The notes beneath the pieces are model-generated. The model searched no databases, was not told the DNA's origin, and saw only the letters and a program-made list of their open reading frames with translations. Position numbers and translations under genes: made by a program. Positions 25,506 to 35,041 of a stretch of DNA of 64,000 nt are shown piece by piece (the first letter of the stretch is position 1; the number at the start of each line of letters is the position of its first letter). The DNA lies in contig JAKSNP010000006.1 in NCBI GenBank assembly GCA_024399655.1, forward strand, positions 6,181 through 70,180, given 5' to 3'. This stretch comes from Paludibacteraceae bacterium (GTDB taxonomy: Bacteria > Bacteroidota > Bacteroidia > Bacteroidales > Paludibacteraceae).

Positions 25506-27263
25506 ATGGAGCAATATATAGTATCTGCGCGAAAATACAGACCGGCTTCGTTTGAGACCGTGATAGGGCAGGATGCGTTGACGGAAACGTTACGCAATGC
25601 CATCCGTCTCAATCACCTGGCTCATGCATATCTGTTCTGTGGCCCTCGTGGAGTGGGGAAAACCACTTGTGCCCGTATCTTCGCCAAGACAATCAACTGT
25701 CTTAACCCATCGCCCAATCATGATGCATGTAACGAGTGCGAGTCGTGTCGTGCATTCAACGAGCAACGAAGTTTCAATATCCATGAATTGGATGCCGCCA
25801 GCAATAACTCAGTGGAAGATATCCGTGCGTTGATTCAAGAAGTACGAATTCCTCCTCAAATCGGTAAATATAGCGTATATATCATCGACGAGGTTCATAT
25901 GCTCAGTCAAGGTGCGTTCAACGCTCTTTTGAAAACATTGGAAGAGCCTCCTTCGTATGCAATCTTTATCCTTGCGACGACAGAGAAACATAAGGTTCTA
26001 CCAACAATCCTTAGCCGTTGTCAGGTGTTTGATTTTCAACGCATAACAGTTCGTGACACTATCAATCACCTTGCCTATGTTGCCAAACAGGAAGGTATTA
26101 CTGCTGACGAACAAGCATTGGCCGTAATCGCCGAGAAGGCCGATGGCGGAATGCGTGATGCATTGAGCATCTTTGACCAATTAGTGGCTTTTTGTGGAAA
26201 TACCGTCACCTATCAACGCACCATTGAGGTATTAAATGTGTTGGATTCAGCCTATTATTTCCGTTTTGTGGATGCGGCTCTTCAGCATGATGCCAAAGCT
26301 GTTTTGTTGATGTTCAACGAGATACTTCAAAAAGGATTTGATGCCGGGTGTTTTGTGGTGGGGCTGATGCAACATATACGCAATGTCCTGATGGCGAAAG
26401 ATCAAGTAACGCTTTCGTTGTTGGAAACAAGCGATGCCATCCGCACTCAATATGCTACTCAATCAACTCAATGTCCAGCCGTATGGCTGTTTCAGGCATT
26501 GGATGTGCTGAATACTTGTGATGTGCAATACCGCACGGCTCGTAACAAACGTCTGACTGTTGAGATTGCATTGATCAAGTTGACGCAATTGGGATTAGCA
26601 CAATCCGTTCCGGCTCCAGCCATGCAGCCAGTAGCGGCCAATTCATCGTCTTCCTCTACTACAGCAGTTCCTGCTTCGGTTGCTTCTTCAGCACCTCAAC
26701 GGCCAATAGCTCAGTCCGCTCCGCCTGCTCCTGCTGCGCAGGTGGCGCCATCTGGATTCACGCGTCCGGCTGCACCCAAACCCTCTGCTCCGTCGGTTAA
26801 TACCATTTCTGCTATGCCTCGTTTGCATACAGCAGTTCAATACGAGCAGAAATCAGCAGGTGCTTCTCCCATGTCAACTTTTCAAAACGAGGAGCATAAT
26901 AACCCTTTTGGACTTGACCAACTCTTAGACGTGTGGGCTGGTCTGCCAAAATTATTTTTTGATAAAACACGTCTCACCTCCATATTGAATGAATACAAAC
27001 CTGTTTTGCTATCAGATACGGAGGCAGAACTGGTGTTGACCAATCCATGGCAAGAGGAATTGTTTGACACAGAAGTAATGCAAACGATCAATACCTATGC
27101 GCGCCAACATCTAAAAAACGATCGTTTTATACTACATTTGCGTATAGCAACATATCAAAAAGACAATCAAGTGTATACGGATGCTGAAAAATACAAAGTG
27201 TTGATGCAGAAAAATCCCGCTTTAGCAGAATTAACCTCAACATTGAATATGCAACTGCTCTAA
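25506..27263 (+). CDS. dnaX: DNA polymerase III subunit gamma/tau
   Basis: YRPASFETVIGQD, GPRGVGKTT, Zn module CNECESC, IIDEVHML. The linker is Pro/Ala/Ser-rich. Confidence 0.93.
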   Translation: MEQYIVSARKYRPASFETVIGQDALTETLRNAIRLNHLAHAYLFCGPRGVGKTTCARIFAKTINCLNPSPNHDACNECESCRAFNEQRSFNIHELDAASNNSVEDIRALIQEVRIPPQIGKYSVYIIDEVHMLSQGAFNALLKTLEEPPSYAIFILATTEKHKVLPTILSRCQVFDFQRITVRDTINHLAYVAKQEGITADEQALAVIAEKADGGMRDALSIFDQLVAFCGNTVTYQRTIEVLNVLDSAYYFRFVDAALQHDAKAVLLMFNEILQKGFDAGCFVVGLMQHIRNVLMAKDQVTLSLLETSDAIRTQYATQSTQCPAVWLFQALDVLNTCDVQYRTARNKRLTVEIALIKLTQLGLAQSVPAPAMQPVAANSSSSSTTAVPASVASSAPQRPIAQSAPPAPAAQVAPSGFTRPAAPKPSAPSVNTISAMPRLHTAVQYEQKSAGASPMSTFQNEEHNNPFGLDQLLDVWAGLPKLFFDKTRLTSILNEYKPVLLSDTEAELVLTNPWQEELFDTEVMQTINTYARQHLKNDRFILHLRIATYQKDNQVYTDAEKYKVLMQKNPALAELTSTLNMQLL

Positions 27264-27303
27264 AAACCTCTTCTGCAAACGTAATAGGACGAAAAATCGA
27301 TAT

Positions 27304-29001
27304 ATGGCTGAAGATTTGAAATTATATTTGCCAACTACCCGCAAAGAAATGGAAATACGCGGCTGGGAGGAAGTGGATGTTATCCTCTTCTCGGGTGATG
27401 CATATATCGATCATCCGCAATTCGGTGCTGCCGTAATCGGACGAACATTACAGGCAGCAGGTTATCGTGTGGCCGTTGTGCCGCAACCTGATTGGCATGG
27501 AGATCATAGAGATTTTAAGAAGTTGGGGCGTCCTCGGTTGTTCTTTGCTGTTTCTGCGGGATGCATGGACTCGATGGTCAATCATTATACCGCCAATAAA
27601 CGTCGTCGTTCTGATGATGCTTTTTCACCAGACGGTCGTGCCGGTTTGCGTCCGGATTATTGTACGATAACCTATTGCAAAATCCTTCGTCAATATTTTC
27701 CGGAAGTGCCTATCGTGATAGGTGGAATCGAAGCCTCAATGCGTCGCTTGGCTCATTATGACTATTGGTCGGATCGGTTGATGCCCTCCATATTGGTTGA
27801 TTCAAAAGCCGATTTGTTGATATATGGAATGGGCGAACGTCCGATTGTAGATATAGCTAACAGTATTCGTGACAGAGGGGAAGTGCCGCATAATATACCT
27901 CAGACCGCATATAGATGTGATACCGAACCATTGCCGGATGATACCATCAGGCTCTTTGGCTATGCTGAAGAACAACAAAGCAAACGTAAACATGCCATGG
28001 ATTTTCGTGTGATAGAACATGAGTCCAATTTGCGTCATGCTCATACTTTAGTGCAGGATGATATCGTGGTCAATCCGCCATATGAAACGATGTCGACAGA
28101 ACAATTGGACGCTGTATACGATTTGCCATTTATGTATCGTCCGCATCCTAAATACAATGCACATCGTATTCCCGCCTACGAGATGATTCGTTTCTCGGTT
28201 TGTATGCATCGCGGTTGTTTCGGCGGTTGTTCGTTCTGTACTATTTCAGCTCATCAAGGAAAGGCAATTACATCCCGTTCAAAAGCCAGTATATTGCGTC
28301 AAATAGACCGTTTGAAAGACTTGCCTGACTGGAAAGGCTATTTGAGTGATTTAGGAGGTCCGTCTGCCAATATGTATGAGATGCACGGACGAGATATGTC
28401 GCTATGCGAGCGTTGTGCCCGTCCATCCTGCTTGCAACCGGCGGTATGTCCCAATCTTAATAGGGATTTCAAACCGATATTGGATGTATATCGTACCGTA
28501 GATCGTTTGCCGTATATAAAAAAAGCCTTTGTGGGGTCCGGTATTCGTTATGATCTAATGAGTGAGGAATATGGCAGACAATTGATAACCCGTCATGTCA
28601 GCGGTCGTCTCAAAGTGGCTCCGGAACATTGTAGTGACAATGTCTTGCGTCTTATGCGGAAACCGTCGTGGAAACATTATCTGGAGTTTCGAGATTTCTT
28701 TTTGCGTGTTTGTGAAGAAAACGGTTTGAAACAACAGTTGATTCCGTATTTCATATCTTCTCACCCAGGATGTACATCGCGTGATATGCAACTTTTGGCC
28801 GATGAAACCCGTAGAATGCATTATCGTCCGGAGCAGGTGCAGGATTTTACACCAACACCGATGACTCTGGCCACAACCATGTTCTATACCGGTCTCAATC
28901 CGGAAACGCTTGAACCGTTATATGTAGCGCGTACTGCGCAAGATAAACAACAACAAAATCGTTACTTCTTTTGGTGGAAACAAAATGATGAAAAAGCATA
29001 A
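27304..29001 (+). CDS. ygiQ: YgiQ-family radical SAM protein (UPF0313)
   Basis: 565 aa. The N-terminus EMEIRGWEEVDVILFSGDAYIDHPQFG is typical of YgiQ, and the radical-SAM cluster motif CFGGCSFC is present. Confidence 0.9.
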   Translation: MAEDLKLYLPTTRKEMEIRGWEEVDVILFSGDAYIDHPQFGAAVIGRTLQAAGYRVAVVPQPDWHGDHRDFKKLGRPRLFFAVSAGCMDSMVNHYTANKRRRSDDAFSPDGRAGLRPDYCTITYCKILRQYFPEVPIVIGGIEASMRRLAHYDYWSDRLMPSILVDSKADLLIYGMGERPIVDIANSIRDRGEVPHNIPQTAYRCDTEPLPDDTIRLFGYAEEQQSKRKHAMDFRVIEHESNLRHAHTLVQDDIVVNPPYETMSTEQLDAVYDLPFMYRPHPKYNAHRIPAYEMIRFSVCMHRGCFGGCSFCTISAHQGKAITSRSKASILRQIDRLKDLPDWKGYLSDLGGPSANMYEMHGRDMSLCERCARPSCLQPAVCPNLNRDFKPILDVYRTVDRLPYIKKAFVGSGIRYDLMSEEYGRQLITRHVSGRLKVAPEHCSDNVLRLMRKPSWKHYLEFRDFFLRVCEENGLKQQLIPYFISSHPGCTSRDMQLLADETRRMHYRPEQVQDFTPTPMTLATTMFYTGLNPETLEPLYVARTAQDKQQQNRYFFWWKQNDEKA

Positions 29002-29956
29002 ATACCGCATCAATCCAGAAACCCTCGCTTTGGAACGAATAGAGCAGGGACTATTGTATTGGCTGAAGAAGTCAGGCGGCTATATCCTTTCGGGTATTTG
29101 TCTTGGTATAGTCTTCTTCTTTGTCTATTTTATGCTTTTCCCGTCCCCACGTGAGAAGCAATTATCAGAGCAGAATCGTGCTTTGCGTAATCAATATGCG
29201 ATTTTGGACAAGAAAGTGGACCAAATGCAGGTAGTATTGCATGATTTGGCGCAACGTGATGATAACTTGTATCGCGTATTGTTTGATGCCGAACCTATTC
29301 CGCAACAAGCTCGATATGCAGCTCAACAACGTATTGCGTATTATGATTCGTTAATGCTTCGAACCAATGCCCGTTTGGCATCTGATTTGACATATAAAGT
29401 GGATGTGTTGGAGCGAGAAATATATGTTCAGGCCAAATCCTACGACGATATAATGCAGATGGCCCGTACACAAGAAGTGAGAATGGAAAATATACCTGCC
29501 ATTCAGCCTATTTTAAACAAAGACCTGACGCATGTAGCCAGCGGTTTCGGATGGCGTGTGGATCCGGTTTATCATACCAAGAAATTCCATTCCGGAATGG
29601 ATTTTACAGCAGCAAAAGGCACAGATGTATATGCAACAGGCAATGCTAAAGTGGCATATGTGGGATGGAAACAAGGATATGGAAATACCGTTATTTTGGA
29701 TCACGGATTCGGCTATCAGACTTTGTATGCCCATCTTTTCCGAGCATTGGTTCGTGAAGGTCAGAAAGTGACGCGAGGAGATGTAATCGCTTTGGTCGGC
29801 AATACCGGCAAATCAACAGGTCCGCACTTGCATTATGAAGTGCATGTACATGAAAATCCCGTTGATCCGCGAAATTACTATTTCTATGATTTGTCGCCTG
29901 AAGAATATGATCGAATGGTGCAACTTAGCAACAATTTTGGTCAAACGCTCGATTAG
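28985..29956 (+). CDS. M23-family metallopeptidase
   Basis: N-terminal TM and a coiled region, then HSGMDF, GYGNTVILDHG and GPHLHYEV. Confidence 0.9.
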   Translation: MMKKHKYRINPETLALERIEQGLLYWLKKSGGYILSGICLGIVFFFVYFMLFPSPREKQLSEQNRALRNQYAILDKKVDQMQVVLHDLAQRDDNLYRVLFDAEPIPQQARYAAQQRIAYYDSLMLRTNARLASDLTYKVDVLEREIYVQAKSYDDIMQMARTQEVRMENIPAIQPILNKDLTHVASGFGWRVDPVYHTKKFHSGMDFTAAKGTDVYATGNAKVAYVGWKQGYGNTVILDHGFGYQTLYAHLFRALVREGQKVTRGDVIALVGNTGKSTGPHLHYEVHVHENPVDPRNYYFYDLSPEEYDRMVQLSNNFGQTLD

Positions 29957-30401
29957 CCTTTTCACCAACTACCACCAATCGATATATCAAAGTATTCTTG
30001 ATCGTAGGTTTGGGACCGATTGCAATTGTATGCTTTTCCAATCTTGCCAAAGCGCATAAAATATGAAAGGCATCTTCCCGTCCTGTTTCCAGTAAATCAA
30101 GCATCGTTTCTACCAATCCGTTGTATTTTTGCCATACTTTGTCATTAAGAATAGCGGTAATCAAAACAGCGATGAAAGCTTTGTTGCGTATCCTAGGCTG
30201 AATGTCCGCTTTGCAGGCACTCATCAGCATTTCCATAATTCCGGTGTTGAGTCCTTTCTGAAGGGTGTTGACCACCATTCCGCTAATCGCCATTTCTGCA
30301 TCTTTCGGATGGCGTTTATCCATTAACATCACCTCGAAATCAGCTTTGTCATCAGCGGTTACCTCTACCAGATTACTATACCAACTTTCTATTTGATTCA
30401 T
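29925..30401 (-). CDS. Hypothetical protein
   Basis: The ORF has coding-like composition but I recognise no family. I take the start at 30401 (MNQIESW) because a consensus promoter sits inside the longer track ORF. The 3' end overlaps the convergent M23 gene by 32 nt. Confidence 0.5.
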   Translation of the reverse strand: MNQIESWYSNLVEVTADDKADFEVMLMDKRHPKDAEMAISGMVVNTLQKGLNTGIMEMLMSACKADIQPRIRNKAFIAVLITAILNDKVWQKYNGLVETMLDLLETGREDAFHILCALARLEKHTIAIGPKPTIKNTLIYRLVVVGEKANRAFDQNCC

Positions 30402-30445
30402 CGAATTGAGTTCGTTATAAACGATGGCAATATTTAAATTTGCTG

Positions 30446-30477
30446 CAAAGATAGATATTTTTTCCGAATTATGCAAA
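30446..30477 (-). promoter_or_regulatory. Bacteroidota-type promoter of the hypothetical gene
   Basis: On the minus strand: TTTGCAT (TTTG = 30474-30477) and TATCTTTG (30446-30453), 20-nt spacer. Confidence 0.5.
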
Positions 30478-30481
30478 TAAT

Positions 30482-30513
30482 TTTGCTTAATCCAAAAAAA
30501 AATAGTAACTTTG
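30482..30513 (+). promoter_or_regulatory. Bacteroidota-type promoter of the GT2 gene
   Basis: TTTG at 30482-30485 and TAACTTTG at 30506-30513, 20-nt spacer. Confidence 0.6.
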
Positions 30514-30574
30514 CAGCCGAATTACCTAAAGGTAAAAAATGAAATAGTGTTTTATTTTGAGATAACTGAAATAT

Positions 30575-31525
30575 ATGGATTTATCAATTATTGTACCTTT
30601 ATTCAACGAAGAAGAATCTTTGCCCAAACTCCAGGAATGGATTGAACGGGTGATGGAAGAAAATCGCTTTTCATACGAGCTGATTTATGTAAATGACGGT
30701 TCGACGGATTGCTCATGGAATGTGATTCGTGAATTGAAGGCTCACAACGATAATGTTCGTGGTATCTGTTTCCGTCGCAATTACGGTAAATCGGCTGCTC
30801 TTTATTGCGGTTTCCGTGCTGCAGAAGGGGATGTGGTGATTACTATGGATGCCGATCTTCAGGATTCTCCTGACGAGATACCGGAACTGTACCGTATGAT
30901 TACAGAAGAAGGTTATGATTTGGTGAGCGGCTGGAAACAAAAACGTTTTGATAATAAATTGACCAAAAATCTGCCCAGCAAACTCTTTAATGCAACAGCC
31001 CGCAAAGTGACCGGAATTCAGTTGCACGATATGAATTGCGGACTGAAAGCCTATCGGAAAGAGGTAATTAAAAATATCGAAGTGTTCTCTGAAATGCATC
31101 GATACATCCCGTATCTTGCTAAAAATGCAGGATTCACCAAAATCGGAGAAAAAGTGGTACAACATCGGAAACGTGAATTCGGAGTGTCCAAATTCGGTTT
31201 GAACCGATTCGTAAACGGCTATCTGGATTTGATGACTCTGTGGTTTCTCAATAAATTCGGGAAACAGCCCATGCATTTCTTCGGATCGGTAGGCAGTTTG
31301 ATGTTTGTAATCGGTTTTATTGCCATTATCGTAGTTGGGGCAATGAAACTATATGCTCTAAGTCACGGTGTGCGTGCAATGTTGGTAGGCGATAATCCTT
31401 GGTTCCATATCTCTATTTTGATGATGATTTTAGGATGTATGCTTTTCTTGGCGGGTTTCTTGGGTGAATTGATTATACGTAACTCGCAGTCCCGTAATGA
31501 TTATTTGATTCGTGAAGAACTGTAA
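30575..31525 (+). CDS. GT2 polyprenyl-phosphate glycosyltransferase (GtrB/ArnC/DPM1-like)
   Basis: LSIIVPLFNEEESL, VNDGSTD, MDADLQD, and two C-terminal TM helices. Confidence 0.85.
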   Translation: MDLSIIVPLFNEEESLPKLQEWIERVMEENRFSYELIYVNDGSTDCSWNVIRELKAHNDNVRGICFRRNYGKSAALYCGFRAAEGDVVITMDADLQDSPDEIPELYRMITEEGYDLVSGWKQKRFDNKLTKNLPSKLFNATARKVTGIQLHDMNCGLKAYRKEVIKNIEVFSEMHRYIPYLAKNAGFTKIGEKVVQHRKREFGVSKFGLNRFVNGYLDLMTLWFLNKFGKQPMHFFGSVGSLMFVIGFIAIIVVGAMKLYALSHGVRAMLVGDNPWFHISILMMILGCMLFLAGFLGELIIRNSQSRNDYLIREEL

Positions 31526-31537
31526 TAAAAGAAGCAA

Positions 31538-32323
31538 ATGGTGATGAAACGTCATATTTTGATAATACTTTTCTCTTTTTTGACGGTTGCTCCCGGTTTT
31601 GCATGGGGACCGAAAGGTCACCGAATCGTGGCGCAAGTGGCTTACAATCATCTTACCCGCAAGGCTCAGCGTAGTGTGGATGCCGTTTTAGGGAAACACG
31701 GAATCATCTATTGGTCGACATGGCCTGATGAAATTAAAAGTGACGAGAAAGTATATCCCACCAGTTATGATTGGCATTTCCAGGATTTGGACGCCAATAT
31801 GACGGATTCGGCTGTTATAGCAGTATTGACCGACTATCCGACTCATGGCGGTAATTTGTATCGTATGACTGACAGTTTGATTAATGCCCTGAAAAAGAAT
31901 CCGTATGATGCAGATGCTTTGGTATTTATCGTTCATTTGACAGGCGACCGTTTTTGTCCGATGCATATGGGGCATGAACATGATCGTGGCGGTAACTCAG
32001 TCAGGTGCAAATGGTTTGAGAGCTCCACTAATTTGCATAGTATATGGGATGTCAGCTTGATCGAATACAAAGGTTACAGTTATTCGGAATATGCTCGTTA
32101 TCTAGAAGATAAATTGAGCGGTCAGCGTGAGAAAATTATCGCCATGACTCCGGAAGAACTAATTGTCCATAACTATCATCTGACTGATGCAATATATAAA
32201 TATCAAAAGAAATGGGACAACAATGCCTACCATTATGCCTATTATTGGAGTCAGCATATGGAATGGCAACTTTATGCCGCGGGTATCCGTTTGGCTCAAT
32301 TGTTGAATGAGATTTACCGATAA
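31538..32323 (+). CDS. S1/P1-family nuclease (secreted)
   Basis: A signal peptide followed by WGPKGHRIVAQVAY (mature N-terminal Trp motif), HFQDLD, HLTGDRFCPMH, GGN and NLHSIWD. Confidence 0.85.
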   Translation: MVMKRHILIILFSFLTVAPGFAWGPKGHRIVAQVAYNHLTRKAQRSVDAVLGKHGIIYWSTWPDEIKSDEKVYPTSYDWHFQDLDANMTDSAVIAVLTDYPTHGGNLYRMTDSLINALKKNPYDADALVFIVHLTGDRFCPMHMGHEHDRGGNSVRCKWFESSTNLHSIWDVSLIEYKGYSYSEYARYLEDKLSGQREKIIAMTPEELIVHNYHLTDAIYKYQKKWDNNAYHYAYYWSQHMEWQLYAAGIRLAQLLNEIYR

Positions 32324-32327
32324 AATG

Positions 32328-32382
32328 TAGATGACGACTGTCGGTCGAGTGTCGGTCGACTATCGAGTGGATATTGAATAGG
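32328..32382. repeat. Five degenerate tandem 11-bp units (TAGATGACGAC, TGTCGGTCGAG, TGTCGGTCGAC, TATCGAGTGGA, TATTGAATAGG)
   Basis: Read directly. The array starts 5 nt after the nuclease stop codon. Confidence 0.85.
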
Positions 32383-32478
32383 GAAGTGCAGCAATTTCGG
32401 CCGAAAAGAAAAAAATATTATTTGTTAATCTTTTAAATCGTAAAAACTCTGGATTTTACATTACGCAAATATAAACAA

Positions 32479-33240
32479 TTGCTTCAAGCTCTTTTGAAAG
32501 CAGGCTATCAGCCGATTACCTTTCAACAATATTGTCAAGGGGATAAACCTCAATGTAAATGGGTAATTCTGAGGCACGATGTGGATTTGAAGGCTATGAA
32601 CAGTTTGCATACGGCTCAATTGGAAAAGTCGTTAGGTATTTGTGCAAGTTATTATTTCCGTGTTGTACCTCAGTCAAATCAGCCTGAAATAATTCGCCAA
32701 ATTGCTGAAATGGGGCATGAGATAGGTTATCACTACGAGGATTTGTCGATGGCGAACGGGAGTGTAAACATTGCGATTGTGCACTTCGCGGAGCATCTGG
32801 CCTATTTCCGTCGATTTTATCCTGTATCCACCATTTGTATGCATGGAGCGCCTACTAGCAAATATGACGGCCGGGATTTATGGAAATCGTACGATTATCA
32901 TCAATACGACATTATTGGGGAACCGTATTTCGATATTGATTTCAATCATGTGTTGTATCTTACAGATACAGGTCGTCAGTGGGACGGTTATAAAGTGAGC
33001 GTAAGAGATAAAGTAGCTCAACAAGATGAGTGGTGTCGTCGTGGTTTAGTTTTTCATAAGACAGATGATCTCATCAACGGTTTCTCATCCGTACTACAAA
33101 ATGTGGAGTGCATGATGATAACAACCCATCCTCAACGCTGGACTGATCACAAAATAGAGTGGTTGAAAGAATTTTTGGCACAAAATTTGAAGAATATAGT
33201 GAAACGAATTCTGATATATGGGAAGACGCATCTGCGGTGA
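32479..33240 (+). CDS. Polysaccharide deacetylase-like protein (start uncertain)
   Basis: WVILRHDVD, GHEIGYHYE and the general CE4-like layout. The only canonical start in frame is the TTG at 32479, but the upstream in-frame codons back to the stop at 32434-32436 also look coding. Confidence 0.6.
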   Translation: MLQALLKAGYQPITFQQYCQGDKPQCKWVILRHDVDLKAMNSLHTAQLEKSLGICASYYFRVVPQSNQPEIIRQIAEMGHEIGYHYEDLSMANGSVNIAIVHFAEHLAYFRRFYPVSTICMHGAPTSKYDGRDLWKSYDYHQYDIIGEPYFDIDFNHVLYLTDTGRQWDGYKVSVRDKVAQQDEWCRRGLVFHKTDDLINGFSSVLQNVECMMITTHPQRWTDHKIEWLKEFLAQNLKNIVKRILIYGKTHLR

Positions 33241-34717
33241 CATAGTAATTTGGTTGTTGGCAACATTGATTTGTATGTTGTGGCGAATGGCAGCTCATAA
33301 GAGCGAAATCGCGATATACCTTGTAATGTTCGGCATTATGATGGTAGTTTATATTTTGCTCGGTTTTGTCTTCCAAAAATATCGTTCATACAAAGAAACA
33401 TGGTACTGGCAGGAAATGGTGGCGATGTTGCTGACAGGAAGTGCATTGATTTGTACTTTGATGTGGGTTTTGCCTCATTTGCCTTATAGTCTGTCGCCTG
33501 TTGTGATTTTGTGGATGGTGGTCATCGTCATGATTATCGATGCTTTTGTAATATTGTGCAAACATTATGTAAAGTATGCGCTCAATATGACGATTCAACC
33601 ATTGCAAATCGAACAACGAGAAGGTTCGCAACTGGTATATGAAGATCAGCCTCGATCTGCAGAATCGATAGAAAATATCCATCAGGCAGTTTTGTCGCTT
33701 ACTACGGAAACTGACTATCAAATGCTATTGAATAAAGCTCATCTGGATAGTAGATTGACCAAAGTGGTGGCTAGTACCGAACTGTTTCCAATAGTTCAAT
33801 TGCCTGATTATCATTATAATACGATTGTTGATTTGACATTGTTGAATAATGCTCGTGGAATCAACCGTCGTTTTTGTCAGGTAAACAAAAAATTGCCGGA
33901 TGAGGGAATCTATGTATGTTGTTATCGTCCGCAAGAATTTGTGAAACGAAAGATAATGACACGCTATCCATGGGGCATCAATTATCTCGCGTATGCTTGT
34001 TGGTTTGTTTTCCGTCGTGTTATTCCGCGAATGTTGTTGATGTCGCGTTTGTACTATGATGTTACCAAAGGACGCAAACGTGTGTTGAGCAAAACAGAAG
34101 TTTTGGGACGTTTGTATTATTGCGGATTTGAAGTGGATGAAGTGGTTCCGATGGGCCATATTGAATATGTAATTGCGCATCGTCATTCCCAACCTTATGA
34201 GCAGGTACAAATGAAGTTGTATGGACCTCTTATTCGTTTGCCGCGCGTATGCAAGGACAAGAATATTGTTTATTTCTATAAGTTGCGTACCATGCATCCG
34301 TATTCGGAATATATCCAGAAATATGTGTTTGACCAACGTGGAGGCATGAATATTGCAGATAAATCCGACGAAGATTGGCGAATTACCAATTGGGGACGAT
34401 TGTTCCGGAAATATTGGCTGGATGAATTACCAATGCTCATTAACTGGCTGAAACGTGATGTTAAATTGGTCGGAGTTCGTCCTCTATCAAAAACGATGTT
34501 TGATCAATACCCTCCGGATTTGCAGGATAAACGAACTCGTTGCAAACCGGGATTGATTCCGCCTTTCTATGTGGATCACCCCAAAAACTTTGAAGAGCTT
34601 TATGCTAGTGAACATAAATATCTGGACGAATATTTCCGCCATCCGGTGTGGACGGATATCAAGTATTTTTTCATGACAATGCATAGTATCCTTTTCAAAA
34701 AAATGCATTCGGCTTAG
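33218..34717 (+). CDS. Initiating sugar transferase (polyprenyl glycosylphosphotransferase, WbaP/WcaJ-like)
   Basis: N-terminal TM segments. The C-terminal Bac_transf signature is RLFRKYWLDELPMLINWLKRDVKLVGVRPL...KPGLIP. Confidence 0.85.
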   Translation: MGRRICGDIVIWLLATLICMLWRMAAHKSEIAIYLVMFGIMMVVYILLGFVFQKYRSYKETWYWQEMVAMLLTGSALICTLMWVLPHLPYSLSPVVILWMVVIVMIIDAFVILCKHYVKYALNMTIQPLQIEQREGSQLVYEDQPRSAESIENIHQAVLSLTTETDYQMLLNKAHLDSRLTKVVASTELFPIVQLPDYHYNTIVDLTLLNNARGINRRFCQVNKKLPDEGIYVCCYRPQEFVKRKIMTRYPWGINYLAYACWFVFRRVIPRMLLMSRLYYDVTKGRKRVLSKTEVLGRLYYCGFEVDEVVPMGHIEYVIAHRHSQPYEQVQMKLYGPLIRLPRVCKDKNIVYFYKLRTMHPYSEYIQKYVFDQRGGMNIADKSDEDWRITNWGRLFRKYWLDELPMLINWLKRDVKLVGVRPLSKTMFDQYPPDLQDKRTRCKPGLIPPFYVDHPKNFEELYASEHKYLDEYFRHPVWTDIKYFFMTMHSILFKKMHSA

Positions 34718-34754
34718 TGATTTCTATGTCTTTTGTATTGCGCAAGTGTATCAT

Positions 34755-34835
34755 AGGATGAGGTTAGAATGGTCATGATATCACCGAAAGGTGAGCGAAG
34801 GATGAGCGAAGGGTGAGTATAGGATTTCATCCTAT
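34755..34835. repeat. 11-bp-phased degenerate repeats (AGGTGAGCGAA, GGATGAGCGAA, GGGTGAGTATA, GGATTTCATCC) ending in a hairpin ATAGGAT-TTC-ATCCTAT
   Basis: Read directly. AGGATGAG at 34755 and at 34799 are 44 nt (4 x 11) apart. The hairpin spans 34819-34835. Confidence 0.8.
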
Positions 34836-34958
34836 TCTACAAATCAAAAAGTACCTCGTATCTTGGTCGCTTTAGATAGAACGGGTTGATGTTTTGTGCG
34901 TCTTAATGCTGGCAATTCGTTCCGGAATTCCCAATATTGGATAAAAAATAGGTATAAA

Positions 34959-34986
34959 ATGCAAATATTCTTAGAATATTTTGCAT
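34959..34986. promoter_or_regulatory. Near-perfect palindrome overlapping the -33 element of the export-operon promoter
   Basis: ATGCAAATATTCT-T-AGAATATTTTGCAT. The arms are complementary except for one extra T. Confidence 0.4.
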
Positions 34987-35011
34987 GAGTGGAATTTTTT
35001 TTGTATTTTTG
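34980..35011 (+). promoter_or_regulatory. Bacteroidota-type promoter of the wbpB-like/wza/wza/wzc genes
   Basis: TTTGCAT (TTTG = 34980-34983) and TATTTTTG at 35004-35011, 20-nt spacer. Confidence 0.6.
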
Positions 35012-35041
35012 CACATTATTTTGTGTGTAAAAACTAAATAT

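Noticed and set aside
25506-27263. Possible programmed -1 frameshift site in dnaX (as in E. coli gamma/tau)
   Set aside because: I found no A_AAA_AAG-type slippery heptamer with a downstream structure inside the gene. The A-runs nearby are in other genes or in the wrong context.
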